DNA of 64,000 nucleotides from assembly GCF_001194135.2 (NCBI RefSeq), contig NC_068982.1:162220219-162284218 (forward strand), read 5' to 3'. The notes under the pieces are model-generated. The model was given only the letters and a program-made list of their open reading frames with translations, did not search any database and was not told where the DNA came from. The stretch is from Octopus bimaculoides (taxonomy: Eukaryota). This document shows, piece after piece, positions 41,362 through 54,428 of the stretch; position 1 is the first letter of the stretch, and each line of letters opens with the position of its first letter. Both the position numbers and the translations under genes were made by a program.

Positions 41362-41540
41362 GTGGGAAGGGAAAGGGCTACACCAACACTTGGCTAGTAT
41401 TCATTACAGCTGAGCAAACTAGAGTAGTGTGGTGAAATGAAGTGCTTTGCTCAAGGCCACAACATGCAGCCCTGTTCAAGAACTGAACCTATGACTTTAT
41501 GATCATGAATCAAAGCTCCAATTACTAGGCTGTGTACCTT
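41362..41540 (-). mobile_element. CORE-like SINE truncating the duplicated FN3 segment
   Basis: Reverse complement contains ggttcagttc...ccttgagcaaagcacttcatttc. A similar copy lies at about 22010-22185(-). Confidence 0.65.
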
Positions 41541-43933
41541 CACATTGTCACTGCAGCAGTGTAACATTGCCACTATGGTAGTGTAATAGTTATTGAAGCT
41601 TTGCTACTAACACTGTCAGGGGAACAGTGTTTAAACTGTCAGCTGTGCAAAGTATCATTGTCATTAGGTCAGTGTAGCAGGGTCACTAGGGCAGTGTAAC
41701 TATGGCAGTACAACATTGTAATTTACATAGTGTAATACTGTTGCTTGGGCAGTGTAATATGTTGACCAGTTGACACTAACCTTCTTCCTCAGTTATGGAA
41801 TTTCAAAATAATGAACAGAATGAATATCTAACTTAAATAAATGTTTAACTAGTTTGTTGGGTCAAAAGTCTCTACATCAACCACATGTACTCTTTATCAC
41901 TTATAATTAGCTTTAGATTCAGTTGAGTTTAGTGGGTAACAGAATAGTCTACTCTCTTATGTAGTTAGAAAATTTATTGCCAAAGATATGTTAGCTCATC
42001 TACACAGCTAGAACAGTGAGACATATAAATAGTGTGTCTTTCAGTATGTTGATCAAGTAGACCTATGATCTGTGAATTTTATATTGCAGTATCAAATGTC
42101 ACTTTTGAAAATGGTAGATTTTTAAAAGAGGTTTGGCTGCTAATTTTAGTAGATCAAGCAATCGTGCTGTGACTTTCTTGTTGGTTTGTTAGTATAAAGT
42201 TAATGCTTATCGTCTAAGACATTTCAGACATGACTATCTTATTTTTAGTGATGTATAGGACTACAGTATGTAAATATGTTCTATATAAGATAGTAGGGTG
42301 CATTTTGAGAGAAATTTATTGCTATGTCTAGCAACTCAAACGACAGTATGAAGGTTTCGTCATTGGTGTGTTTGTCGTAAGTAGAAATAATCACGAGAAT
42401 TACTTCCCTTGTACTTTATAGCTAGTGTCAGTGGTTTCCAATGTTGAGCGATCTGAAGATGATAGAAAATTTGTTGTGTGATTATAATCTCACAATCATA
42501 ATAATTATTAATTAAATGGACAGCAATTCACATCAAGATGTCCTCAAAATATCACCTATCATTCTATGAAGCTTCATGTTATTGGTACATTGTGATTGAT
42601 GGTTTTATATAGCTGTATGAGTTTCAACAAAGGAACCTCATCTGTTAGACAAGACCAAGAATAGATCTTTCTATAGGAATTTTAAAACAAAGAAAATTCT
42701 GAGTTGAGGTACAAGGTTGCTAGGAAGGTAGTATGTGTCTAAGACCAGTGAGGAAGATATTATTTGTATTTTTCAGCTGCATTCTTATGCCATAAAAGCC
42801 ACCTGACTGATAATTTAACCGTCACTCATCAATAAGCTACAACCATAGAGCCATCAATGAACTGAATTTTTATTGTATAGGCTCATAATCTTTAATAGCA
42901 CTGAAACAGCACCCAAAAGATTGCTCTTCCTCTCCAAAACCAGCAAAATATTTCTGCTCTGAAGAACCAATGAGGAAGACCTCATGGTAGTCATGGGCAA
43001 ACTGTGGTCTGTGGGACTTTCTGACTGGCATGCCTAACAAAAAATTACCTTTATTTGTTTTAGTAGTGCTGCCAACCTGATGGTGACCCATGTCTCATGC
43101 AACCTGCTTCTTGGGAAAGTTTGCCTATGCCTGCTCTGTAGACTCATTCATCTTGCTAGAAATACCAGCCAGATTTCTTCAGATCAGACTCTATCATAAA
43201 AGCAAAAAGATATATTGAACTATAAAGCTGCAATTTATGCAAAACGATAGGATTGTCATGTCTGGACCTCCTTTGATCACATATCTACTCAATCATGACT
43301 GACCTGCAGCTAAGTAACATCAACTTTAGCTCTCAGCAGTTGCCAAACCTCTGTAAAGCCATTTTGGATTATTGGTGTTGCTACTGTTACACTCCCCCAC
43401 AAACATCATATATAGTCTTTAAAAAAAGTCTGGAAGAGCCATTTCTGAGGAGGGTTAATTCCTATAGTCTTCTATACTAAAAAATCACTCATGCAATGAA
43501 GCAAGATAAAGCAGTGGAACTGTTGGCTTGGTGGTTGCAAGTTCAAATCTACTGCTCGTGTTTTATTGCACTCTTTAGGAATTGTTTTTAATTTCTTAAC
43601 AGCTGAGACTCGCAATATCTCTAGTAATCTAGGTTCTATCTAGGGGCAGGTTTATCCTCATCTATTTAACCCTTAAGAAACAATAGGTATCTACAGCTAC
43701 TGTCCCTCTACATTCATTGTCCCTACAGAAGTTATTCTAAAACTCATTGTTCCTTATAAAGGTAGTCACTGCCCCCCATTAAGGTATCTTTAAAAAATCC
43801 CTTAAAAAATCATCTCTATAAAAAAATCTCATGTCCCTTAAAAAAAATCATCTCTATAAATAGTAGACACACTCATTTACATTATATCATCTTGATTTTC
43901 TGCTGTCATTGTGCTATTTTTTTGTCTTTGTAG

Positions 43934-44018
43934 AATTAAGCGGTCGTGAAGAAATGGTTGGTGCCATTTGGAAAGCAACATTTCATTATGATTACAATGA
44001 ACTTGAGGAACTTGGCAG
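43934..44018 (+). CDS. Trio: Trio/Kalirin exon: linker into kinase (ELSGREEMVGAIWKATFHYDYNELEELGR)
   Basis: tttgtctttgtAG acceptor and AG|GTTAGT donor. Phase 1 to 2. Supplies ELGR of the Gly-rich loop ELGRGRF. Confidence 0.9.
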
Positions 44019-45296
44019 GTTAGTATTGATATCAAACAGTAGAACAATACACAATGACTGGTATATTGTGCGTAGGGTGAAAATGATGTAGTTTTGTGTG
44101 TGTTACAACTCCAGTTGAATCACAATGGTGTGTCAGTTGCTATTGATATAGTTTATTGTAAATTACCACTCAAAGATATACACAGTGATAGATACCATGT
44201 GTAAATTAGGATTGATATAGTTCACTGAGGGTTACTACTTCAAACATGACACTCTACTAATATCATTTGTGTAGGACGGAATACAGTGTATTTAGTGAGA
44301 TATTTAATGTTGAGAGAAATATTGGTTCCAAATTTTGGCACCAGGCCAACAGTTTTGGGGAAGAGATGAATTGATTACATTGACCCCAGTGTTCAAGAGG
44401 TACCTATTTTGTCGACTCCAAAAAGATGCAAGGCAGAGTGGACCCCATGGCATTCGAACTTACAATGTCAGAACAGAAGAAATGCCGCTTAGCATTTATT
44501 CCAGCACAGTAGCTATTATATCAGCTCGCAACCTTAATGCTGAGAGAAATATTACCAATGATCTTTATTGAGCTCTATTTTTTTATTATTCTGTTGTTGT
44601 TGTGTAAGTACTCCAGATCGACCCCTTATTCATTCTAGTGTCTGTTAGGGAAAGTTTGAAATACTAAATTATATGCTTCAGCTAGACTCAGAAGATGAAG
44701 TGTAATCAGTGGTGAATGTAGTCAGTGATAAAATACAATGGTTTGATCAGATAAGTTTCTGATTGTTTTAACAGATTCCCTTAAAGATTTTCATTTATAT
44801 TTGATGTTAAACTAGTGGATACCATAAAGTCTATAACCTGATAGGGCTAAAGCTACTAACTATTCTTGTAACAGATGAAGTGTATGATATGCATATCAGA
44901 TGTGTGAAACATTGGATGGGATGGTAATGAATGGAACGGCAGAGAGTAAGATCTTGGATGTGACTCATTTGATATGCAATATGAAACTCGAAAGATAAGT
45001 TAATAAGGAAAGTGTTAGAAGTGCTTTAAATCTTTGTTCACTTGTTTATAAGAGATGTTAGTGTGATAAATTGTCAAAATTCCAAGATGTACCAGGCCAG
45101 AGCTACCCTTACCTATTTTGAAAAATAACATTTAATCTCTCCCTAATATATTATACAAAAAGCACATTTCAGGATTAAATTCTAAAGTTGGTTGTTCTAT
45201 TAGTTTATTCATTTCATCTTTTCATGATTTTGAAAATTATTTTCTAGTTTAAAATATGTTTACTTCAACTTATTGTTCCTTATCTCCTAATTTCAG

Positions 45297-45497
45297 AGGT
45301 CGATTTGCTGTGGTCAAAAGATGTGTCCAGAAATGCTCAGGACAGGAGCTGGCTGCCAAATGTATCAACCGCAAGCACTTATCCAAGGAAGCTATTGAAA
45401 CAGAGTTTAATACGTTACAAAGTCTTTTTCACACGCATTTAGTTAAAGTGTTCGATTTATATGAGACAAAAACAAATTATATCTTGCTAATGGAGAT
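45297..45497 (+). CDS. Trio: Trio/Kalirin kinase exon: subdomains I-V (GRFAVVKRC...LAAK...ETEF...LLME)
   Basis: ctcctaatttcAG acceptor and AT|GTAAGT donor. Contains the catalytic AAK lysine and alphaC Glu. Phase 2 to 2. Confidence 0.95.
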
Positions 45498-46193
45498 GTA
45501 AGTCTATTTGTTATTTCAGCTCTTATTCTCCTTTCAATAAATTTTTCAATTGTTTTCCCCACAGAAGTCATCATTATCATTACCATCAACAACAACACAA
45601 CAACATCATTTTATTGTTATGAACTGGGTACATCTGCCATACAGTATATCACTATGCAGTATGTCACCAGTCATCTGATGTTCTGTATGATTAAATAGCA
45701 GAGACATTAGTACTAATTATCCTTCCTCCATTCACCCATTATCAGAGTAAACTTGGTGCATTTATTGTGCTAATGTTTCTAGAGAGATTATCTTTCAGGA
45801 CAACTTTAATTCAGAATAGCTGCTATCCTATATATATGTTATAGCTACTGTGACGTGGGAGCCATATCTCTGTTGTATTTTGAGATAAAAGAATAATTTA
45901 CATTGATAAATTTGTATGAATCAACTAGTTGTTAGATGGGCTTCTTTCAGTATTATCATTTCATTATCATTTTGGTTATAAAGAAAACTGTTAGCCTATA
46001 ATTAGAGTGAAGGAGGAGAATAGAGATACACATATTTAAAGATTATTTCATTGAAAAATGTAGTTCATAAAGAGAACATCGTTATTCTGAAATTTAAGTA
46101 TGAAAAGATATATATATATGTTTGTTGTCTATTTGTGTTCAATGCCATTGCAGTGGAAAGAGTGAGTGTGTTTTTGTCTCTGTTAAACTATGT

Positions 46194-46423
46194 TTAACCC
46201 TTTTGATACCAACCTGGTTGAAACGCCTCTGGCTCTGTAGTACAAATGTCTTATTTTCAAAAGTTCTCAATTAAAATCTTCCACCAAACCTTAGTCACAA
46301 TTTATTTTCCTAACACTAGCTTAATGATAACTAAGTTATTTTACTAAATTCTTTGTTATATTTAAAATTAATTGAAAGAAAACACAGAGTGTCTCAACAG
46401 AAATATAGTAACAAAAGGATTAA
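46194..46423. mobile_element. Non-autonomous TIR element (MITE), piggyBac-like TTAA ends
   Basis: Left end TTAAcccttttgatac and right end gtaacaaaaggaTTAA. The interior is unrelated to 36723-36951. Confidence 0.7.
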
Positions 46424-46821
46424 GGCATTCTTTTTTTATGTGGATGCATAAAATAAGCTAGTGTCACATTAAAATCCACCCAGTGAATTTTGAAAAGTAG
46501 ATGGATGGCAAATGAATGAAGATGACATGAGATTGAGGGGAACCACTAATCTTGTCAAGTTACATGACAACATCTTTCGTGTTAGTACCATGATAAAATG
46601 CAACCAGCACATTCTGTGCAGTAGTTAGTGATAGAAAGGGAATCCAGCCTTAGAAGCAAGCTGAAACTGAAACATATAAGCAAAACAAAAACCTCCAACC
46701 TTTCTGGGAGAACAAGAACTCTGCATAAGCACTGACTTTGATTGTAACAAGCCAGCTAACTCATGCCAGCTTGGATGTACAACAATGATGATCATACATA
46801 CATACATACATATATATATAT

Positions 46822-46952
46822 CATCATCATCATCATCATCATCATCGTTTAATGTCCACTTTCCATGCTAGCATGGGTTGGACGATTTGACTGAGGACTG
46901 GTGAAATCAGATGGCTACACCAGGCTCCAATCTGATTTGGCAGAGTTTCTAC
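46822..46952 (-). mobile_element. RTE 3' end running into an N gap
   Basis: (CAT)n followed by cgtttaatgtccactttccatgctagcatgggttggacg. Confidence 0.8.
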
Positions 46953-47959
46953 NNNNNNNNNNNNNNNNNNNNNNNNNNNNNNNNNNNNNNNNNNNNNNNN
47001 NNNNNNNNNNNNNNNNNNNNNNNNNNNNNNNNNNNNNNNNNNNNNNNNNNNNNNNNNNNNNNNNNNNNNNNNNNNNNNNNNNNNNNNNNNNNNNNNNNNN
47101 NNNNNNNNNNNNNNNNNNNNNNNNNNNNNNNNNNNNNNNNNNNNNNNNNNNNNNNNNNNNNNNNNNNNNNNNNNNNNNNNNNNNNNNNNNNNNNNNNNNN
47201 NNNNNNNNNNNNNNNNNNNNNNNNNNNNNNNNNNNNNNNNNNNNNNNNNNNNNNNNNNNNNNNNNNNNNNNNNNNNNNNNNNNNNNNNNNNNNNNNNNNN
47301 NNNNNNNNNNNNNNNNNNNNNNNNNNNNNNNNNNNNNNNNNNNNNNNNNNNNNNNNNNNNNNNNNNNNNNNNNNNNNNNNNNNNNNNNNNNNNNNNNNNN
47401 NNNNNNNNNNNNNNNNNNNNNNNNNNNNNNNNNNNNNNNNNNNNNNNNNNNNNNNNNNNNNNNNNNNNNNNNNNNNNNNNNNNNNNNNNNNNNNNNNNNN
47501 NNNNNNNNNNNNNNNNNNNNNNNNNNNNNNNNNNNNNNNNNNNNNNNNNNNNNNNNNNNNNNNNNNNNNNNNNNNNNNNNNNNNNNNNNNNNNNNNNNNN
47601 NNNNNNNNNNNNNNNNNNNNNNNNNNNNNNNNNNNNNNNNNNNNNNNNNNNNNNNNNNNNNNNNNNNNNNNNNNNNNNNNNNNNNNNNNNNNNNNNNNNN
47701 NNNNNNNNNNNNNNNNNNNNNNNNNNNNNNNNNNNNNNNNNNNNNNNNNNNNNNNNNNNNNNNNNNNNNNNNNNNNNNNNNNNNNNNNNNNNNNNNNNNN
47801 NNNNNNNNNNNNNNNNNNNNNNNNNNNNNNNNNNNNNNNNNNNNNNNNNNNNNNNNNNNNNNNNNNNNNNNNNNNNNNNNNNNNNNNNNNNNNNNNNNNN
47901 NNNNNNNNNNNNNNNNNNNNNNNNNNNNNNCACACACGCAAACATATATACAAACACAC

Positions 47960-48291
47960 ACACATGCCGGTGGCACATAAAAAGAGCGTTGGGCCTCACG
48001 GAGGCAATAAGAATTGACTGAGATCCTTGGCGATTTGCCATGCTTGAGAAGAAAACCCATCAAGCCAAGTGAAATTGTAGTCATGGCAGATACTGGTGTC
48101 GTGCAACTGGCACTCATGCTTGTGGAACATAAAAGCACCCATTACACTCTCAGAGTGGTTGGCATTAGGAAGGGCATCCAGCCGTAGAAATCATGCCAAT
48201 TCAGACTAGAGTCTGGTGCAGCCACTCAGCTTGCCAGCCCTGGTCAAACCGTCCAACTCATGCCAGCATGGACAACAGACATTAAATGATG

Positions 48292-48292
<1 letters not shown>
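47960..48292 (+). mobile_element. RTE 3' UTR fragment
   Basis: gggcctcacggaggcaat...aggaagggcatccagcc...gacattaaatgatgat; matches 31480-31810. Confidence 0.8.
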
Positions 48293-48332
<40 letters not shown>

Positions 48333-49403
48333 TGTAAATATCATCATCATCATCATCATCATCGTTTAACGTCCGCTTTCCATGCTAGCATGGNNNNNNN
48401 NNNNNNNNNNNNNNNNNNNNNNNNNNNNNNNNNNNNNNNNNNNNNNNNNNNNNNNNNNNNNNNNNNNNNNNNNNNNNNNNNNNNNNNNNNNNNNNNNNNN
48501 NNNNNNNNNNNNNNNNNNNNNNNNNNNNNNNNNNNNNNNNNNNNNNNNNNNNNNNNNNNNNNNNNNNNNNNNNNNNNNNNNNNNNNNNNNNNNNNNNNNN
48601 NNNNNNNNNNNNNNNNNNNNNNNNNNNNNNNNNNNNNNNNNNNNNNNNNNNNNNNNNNNNNNNNNNNNNNNNNNNNNNNNNNNNNNNNNNNNNNNNNNNN
48701 NNNNNNNNNNNNNNNNNNNNNNNNNNNNNNNNNNNNNNNNNNNNNNNNNNNNNNNNNNNNNNNNNNNNNNNNNNNNNNNNNNNNNNNNNNNNNNNNNNNN
48801 NNNNNNNNNNNNNNNNNNNNNNNNNNNNNNNNNNNNNNNNNNNNNNNNNNNNNNNNNNNNNNNNNNNNNNNNNNNNNNNNNNNNNNNNNNNNNNNNNNNN
48901 NNNNNNNNNNNNNNNNNNNNNNNNNNNNNNNNNNNNNNNNNNNNNNNNNNNNNNNNNNNNNNNNNNNNNNNNNNNNNNNNNNNNNNNNNNNNNNNNNNNN
49001 NNNNNNNNNNNNNNNNNNNNNNNNNNNNNNNNNNNNNNNNNNNNNNNNNNNNNNNNNNNNNNNNNNNNNNNNNNNNNNNNNNNNNNNNNNNNNNNNNNNN
49101 NNNNNNNNNNNNNNNNNNNNNNNNNNNNNNNNNNNNNNNNNNNNNNNNNNNNNNNNNNNNNNNNNNNNNNNNNNNNNNNNNNNNNNNNNNNNNNNNNNNN
49201 NNNNNNNNNNNNNNNNNNNNNNNNNNNNNNNNNAAAACTGGCTGCAACATCAATTATCAGTTGCAACCAGTTTTCCAAGCTGAGAGGATGTAAACTCTGC
49301 TTGATTTTCTTCTTTTTTTCTCTACCCACTGATGAAGGGTTGAATCCAAAATGTTGAATATTCCACTCCTCACAGCAAGTTCATTGTACCCCTTTCACTC
49401 TTT

Positions 49404-49461
<58 letters not shown>

Positions 49462-49841
49462 TACATATATACACATCTTGTTGTAATGCTGTCTCAGAGA
49501 TATGTATGGCCTTTGTTTTGTTTGTATATTATATTCGTACCAACTACTTGCATCTTGTTTATTTTCATCGTCATCTACTACATTCACTCATTATTCCCAG
49601 CAGCCTTTTGCTGTTGACACCACCAAAATGAACAATATTATCATAAAGGGCATGAAACTGTAATAATTTTTGGACGATAACTGACAAAGAACGAGTAAAC
49701 TCTCTGTTTGTTCTCTTGTTGTACAATTGTTGTTCAATTTTGTTTGTGTACATACATACACACACCAACATATATACGCTTGTAAAATAATTATAACATT
49801 TCATTCTCACTCAAGACTATTGTCTTCTCTTTTGTTGACAG

Positions 49842-49980
49842 CATTCCTTCTGGTCGTTTGTTTGAATTTATCTGTATCCGAGGACATTTCGATGAACTAC
49901 AAGCTGCTGAATATGTCCAACAAATACTGGATGCCATTCAATATTTGCACAACTGTCGGATTGCTCATCTGGACATTAAG
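49842..49980 (+). CDS. Trio: Trio/Kalirin kinase exon: subdomains V-VIb (GRLFEFI...YLHNCRIAHLDIK)
   Basis: ttctcttttgttgacAG acceptor and AAG|GTTTGT donor. Contains the HLD catalytic motif. Phase 2 to 0. Confidence 0.95.
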
Positions 49981-50923
49981 GTTTGTTTCTGGATTGTTTT
50001 TTTTTTATCTTTTATTTGTTACAGTTATTGGACTACAGCCATGCTGGGGCACCATCTTGAAGGAACAAATCAACTGCAGTCCTTTTTTTTTTCCAGTTTG
50101 ATACATATTCTGTTGGGCTCTTTTGCCAAACTGCTAAGTTACAGGGACATAACCAAACCAACACAGTTGTCAAGTGGTAGTGGGTGGGAAAAGCATAGAC
50201 ACACACACATACAATGAACTTCCACAGTTTCTATCTATTAAATTCGCTCATAAGGCATTGGTTTGCTTGGCACTATAGTAGAAGATATTTGTCCAAGCCA
50301 TCACATTGTGGAACTGAATCTTGAAACTATGTGATAGCAAATATGAGTTTCTTAACCACACAGCTATGCATTTTGTTTTGTTTTCTTTATTATGGCTTAT
50401 TCAGATAAAGGACAAGGATAACACCCATAACTTTTATGCACTCCCCACCAAGACTTGTAGGAGGAAGAGAGGAAATGATCCTCTGAAAGGAGACCTGATC
50501 CAAACGCTTACTACAGACCAGCTCTACTTACAACACCCAACCATAGGTGGTGGTGTTAAACTGGATAACAAGTTTTATCTACTGCTGGATGACAGTTTTG
50601 AACTTCAGAAATCTTCATAGCTGATGTTTGTTTCTAGTAGTTGAAGATGTTTTTTAATTGATGAACAGAAGTGTTACATCATACAAAAAAAAAAGTTTTC
50701 ATCAGGTGAATACAGGTAAGAATTAACAATTAGAACTTCTCAAGAACAAGTACGTAGTGCCAGATGACTCTACCGACCCAAATTCTCTGACCTATTTCTG
50801 CTCTCTTCAAAGCATAAAGAAGAAATTTTTATGGATATTAATGAACAATCATATGATCCCATATCATCGAGTTGACAACTTGCCTGCTTCAAACGAAAGA
50901 ATGCCATAAAATAACTCCCTTTG

Positions 50924-50961
<38 letters not shown>

Positions 50962-51489
50962 TAAAACTTCTGTATGAATTATGTTATTTCTTGTTATGTA
51001 ACACATACAAAATTACCACTCAAATCCAATTGAAATCACCTTTTTCTATTCTGTAATTCAGGTTTGTGATGACCGTATTTAAAAACCTGATCATCAATAT
51101 AAACTTGAAAGGAAGTTCTCCCAGAAATCTGGTCCTTTACCTGATGTTTCTAGCATGTCCAAAGCGACATTTGTGCCCCCACCCAACCCCTGACTTTTTT
51201 CCTAAATTTCTTCCGATTTCTGTTTTCAGTACAGGAGATTAGGATTTTGCCCAAAAAACAGATTCTCAATATTTCAATTTTNNNNNNNNNNTAAGAATTT
51301 TCTTCTGTCTTTTTTCTTAAAGAAACACTAAAATCTCCTTCCCAAACATCCACCCATCACTTCACCACTTTCAAAAAGCTACAAACTCTCAATGTTTCAC
51401 TTTTAGCTTTTTGAGAAACAGAAGTTTCTTCAGAAATAATGTTGTTTACCTGTTGTTTCTAGCATGTCGGGTTTTCTGGTGGTGGTCTA

Positions 51490-52175
51490 GTCATCATCAT
51501 CGTTTAATGTCCGCTTTCCATGCTAGCATGGGTTAGACGATTTGACTGAGGACTGGCGAACCAGCTGGCTGCACTAGGCTCCAATCTGATCTGGCAGAGT
51601 TTCTACAGCTGGATGCCCTTCCAAACACCAAACACTCCGAGAGTGTAGTGGGTGCTTTTATGTGCCACCGGCACAAGGGCCAGTCAGGCGGTACTGGCAA
51701 CGGCCATGCTCAAAATGGTGTATTTTACGTGCCACCTGCACAGGAGCCAGTCCAGCGGCACTGGCAATGACCTTACTCGAATGTTTTTTCGCATGCCACC
51801 GGCACAAGTGCCAGTAAGGCAACGCTGGTAACGATCACGCTCAAATGATACTTTCTCACCACTTCATCCCACATCCTCCTGGGTCAACCCCTTCCACTGG
51901 TTCTCTCCACAATTAGAGCTCAGCACTTCTTTACGCAGCTGTCCTCATCCATATGCATCATGTGACCAAACCAGTGCAGTCTTCTCATTTGCACTCTCTC
52001 ATGTGTGCACACTGACATTACACATCCAGTATGCTAGCTTCATTTCTTTCAAACCTTTGCAATTCCTCTGTAGTCAAAGCCCATGTTTCACTGCCATGTA
52101 GCATAGCTACATGTACACTGGCATCATATAATCTGCCTTTCATTCTGAGGGAGAGGCACTTAGTTGCTAACAAAG
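51490..52175 (-). mobile_element. RTE-clade LINE 3' fragment with (GAT)n tail
   Basis: Starts with catcatcatcgtttaatgtccgctttcc (reverse complement of the 3' end), then the UTR, then reverse complement of WFGHM and LSLRMKG-type coding sequence. Confidence 0.85.
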
Positions 52176-53094
52176 TTAGATTCTCTAATATCTATATATA
52201 TAAGATTGACCAGTGACCGGTCTGTCAATATGCTAGAAGAAGCTCACTTAAAAAATTCTCAAATACGGATTCAGCGGAGTAAAAACAGGCGGGCTAGACC
52301 AGTGAAAATTGTACATACCTCGATTATCTGCAGACTATAGTTTCAAAATCAATACTTCCAAAATAAAAGTATCTATTTATNNNNNNNNNNNNNNNNNNNN
52401 NNNNNNNNNNNNNNNNNNNNNNNNNNNNNNNNNNNNNNNNNNNNNNNNNNNNNNNNNNNNNNNNNNNNNNNNNNNNNNNNNNNNNNNNNNNNNNNNNNNN
52501 NNNNNNNNNNNNNNNNNNNNNNNNNNNNNNNNNNNNNNNNNNNNNNNNNNNNNNNNNNNNNNNNNNNNNNNNNNNNNNNNNNNNNNNNNNNNNNNNNNNN
52601 NNNNNNNNNNNNNNNNNNNNNNNNNNNNNNNNNNNNNNNNNNNNNNNNNNNNNNNTTCTGCTTTGAATTTACCAACTTTGAGAAATGTGATTATGGTTAA
52701 TTAACATAATATGGTAAAAATTCGATATTAATTAATATCAATTTAATACCAGGAAACTAGCGCATTAAAAGAATCAGAAGGTTCATGAAAAATTTTTTTT
52801 CGAGATCCTAAAAAGATTATAGTACTTGTGTATATAAGATTGACCAGTGACCGGTCTGTGTGTGTGTGAGTGTATATATATGTGTATATATGTGTGTGTA
52901 TGTTAGTTTGTGTATATGTTTGTGGATGGGAGGCGAGATGCATAAATGTCATTAAGAAATTTGTTACCAACCATGTGGGATTGGTTCGAAACAGCCTGTG
53001 CAACATGTTGGGCAAATGTCTTCTACTACAACCCCAGCTCAACTAAAGCCTTGTGAATGAATTTAATAAACTGAAAATATTTAGTCAGTATATA

Positions 53095-54397
53095 TCATCA
53101 TCATCATCATCATCATTTAATATCTGCTTTCTATGCTGGCATGGGTTGGACAGTTTGACTGAGGTCTGGCAAGCCAGTGGGCTGCACCAGGCTCCAATCT
53201 GATCTGGCAATGTNNNNNNNNNNAGTGGGCTGCACCAGGCTCCAATCTGATCTGGCAATGTTTCTACAGTTGGATGCCCTTCCTAATACCAACCATTCCA
53301 AGAGTGTAGTGGGTGCTTTTTACATGTCACCAACACGGGAGCCAGTTAGGGGGCACTGGCATCGACTGCATTCGGATGGTGCAGTTTACATGTCACTGTC
53401 ACAGAAGTCAGTCAGGCAGCACTAGCCATGGCTCTGATTTTGATTTTACTTGACTCAACAGGTCTTATCAAGCATATCATATCACCCAATGCTACAAAGG
53501 TACTTTTAAATGGGCTGATCATGCAACACTGGTATCGCCATGGCTGCAATCTCACTTTACTTGCCAGGTCATCTCAATCACAGCATATTTCCAAAGGTCT
53601 CAGTCTCCTGTCATTGCCTCTGTGAGGCCCAATGTTCGAAGGTCATGTTTCACCACCTCATTGTATGTCTTCCTGGGTCTACTCTCTTCCACAGATTCCT
53701 TCCACTGTTAGGATGTGACACTTCTTCACACAGCTGTCCTCATCCATATGTAACACATGATCATACCAGCACAGTTGTCTCTCTTACACTCCACATTTCA
53801 TCCTTCTTATGTCCAATTTTTCTCTCAGGGCGCTTACATTGTCGTGTATGCACACTGACATTACACATCCAGCAGATCATACAGGCTTCATTTCTTTCAA
53901 ACCTACACATGTCCTCAGCATTCATGGCCCATGTTTCACTGCTGAATAGCATGGCAGTTCGCACACATACATCATACAGTCTATCTTTCGGCCTGAGCGA
54001 GAGGCCCTTAGTTGCCAGCAGAGGTAGCTCTCTGAACTTTGCCCAGGCTATTCTTATTCTAGCAGCTACACTCTCAGAGCATCACCCCACTACAGACTTG
54101 CTTGCCTAGGTAGTAGAAGCTATTAACTACTTCTAGTTTTTCCTCCTGGCATGTGATGGAATCTGTTTTCTATACATCTTCGGTGTTTATTGTCCCTGTG
54201 CATCTGCCACACACAAAAACTATCATCCCGGTTAATCCTCCTTTGATATTGCTGCACCTCTTATGTGTCCATAGCTTACACCAGGTACACCTTATGGAGT
54301 TTCTACCTTTTTCTATGCCTTTTCTACAGATCGAGCAGGGCCATTTACCTTAAGGGGTTTGTGATTTGTCTGCCTTCCTACTTACTAGGACTTTGGT
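53095..54397 (-). mobile_element. 5'-truncated RTE-clade LINE with 3' UTR and (GAT)n tail
   Basis: Minus strand encodes WPCSICRKG...HKRC...CGRC...YYLG...MLFSSETWAMN...FERNEA, continuous with the UTR and tail. 5' end abuts (TA)n. Confidence 0.9.

Positions 54398-54428
<31 letters not shown>

Larger units (their letters stand above)
40935..41770. repeat. Degenerate ~20-bp minisatellite (cagtgtaacattg.cact) interrupted by the FN3 duplicate and a SINE
   Basis: cagtgtaa-type units at 40940-41130 and 41540-41765. Confidence 0.6.

Noticed and set aside
51112-51468. ~50-bp imperfect direct repeat (tttacctg.tgtttctagcatgtc) about 310 bp apart
   Set aside because: A gap lies between the copies and I could not assign termini or a family, so it is not interpretable.
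53175-53262. Tandem duplicate agtgggctgcaccaggctccaatctgatctggcaatgt on both sides of a 10-N gap
   Set aside because: Identical sequence either side of a minimal gap is typical of unmerged contig overlap.
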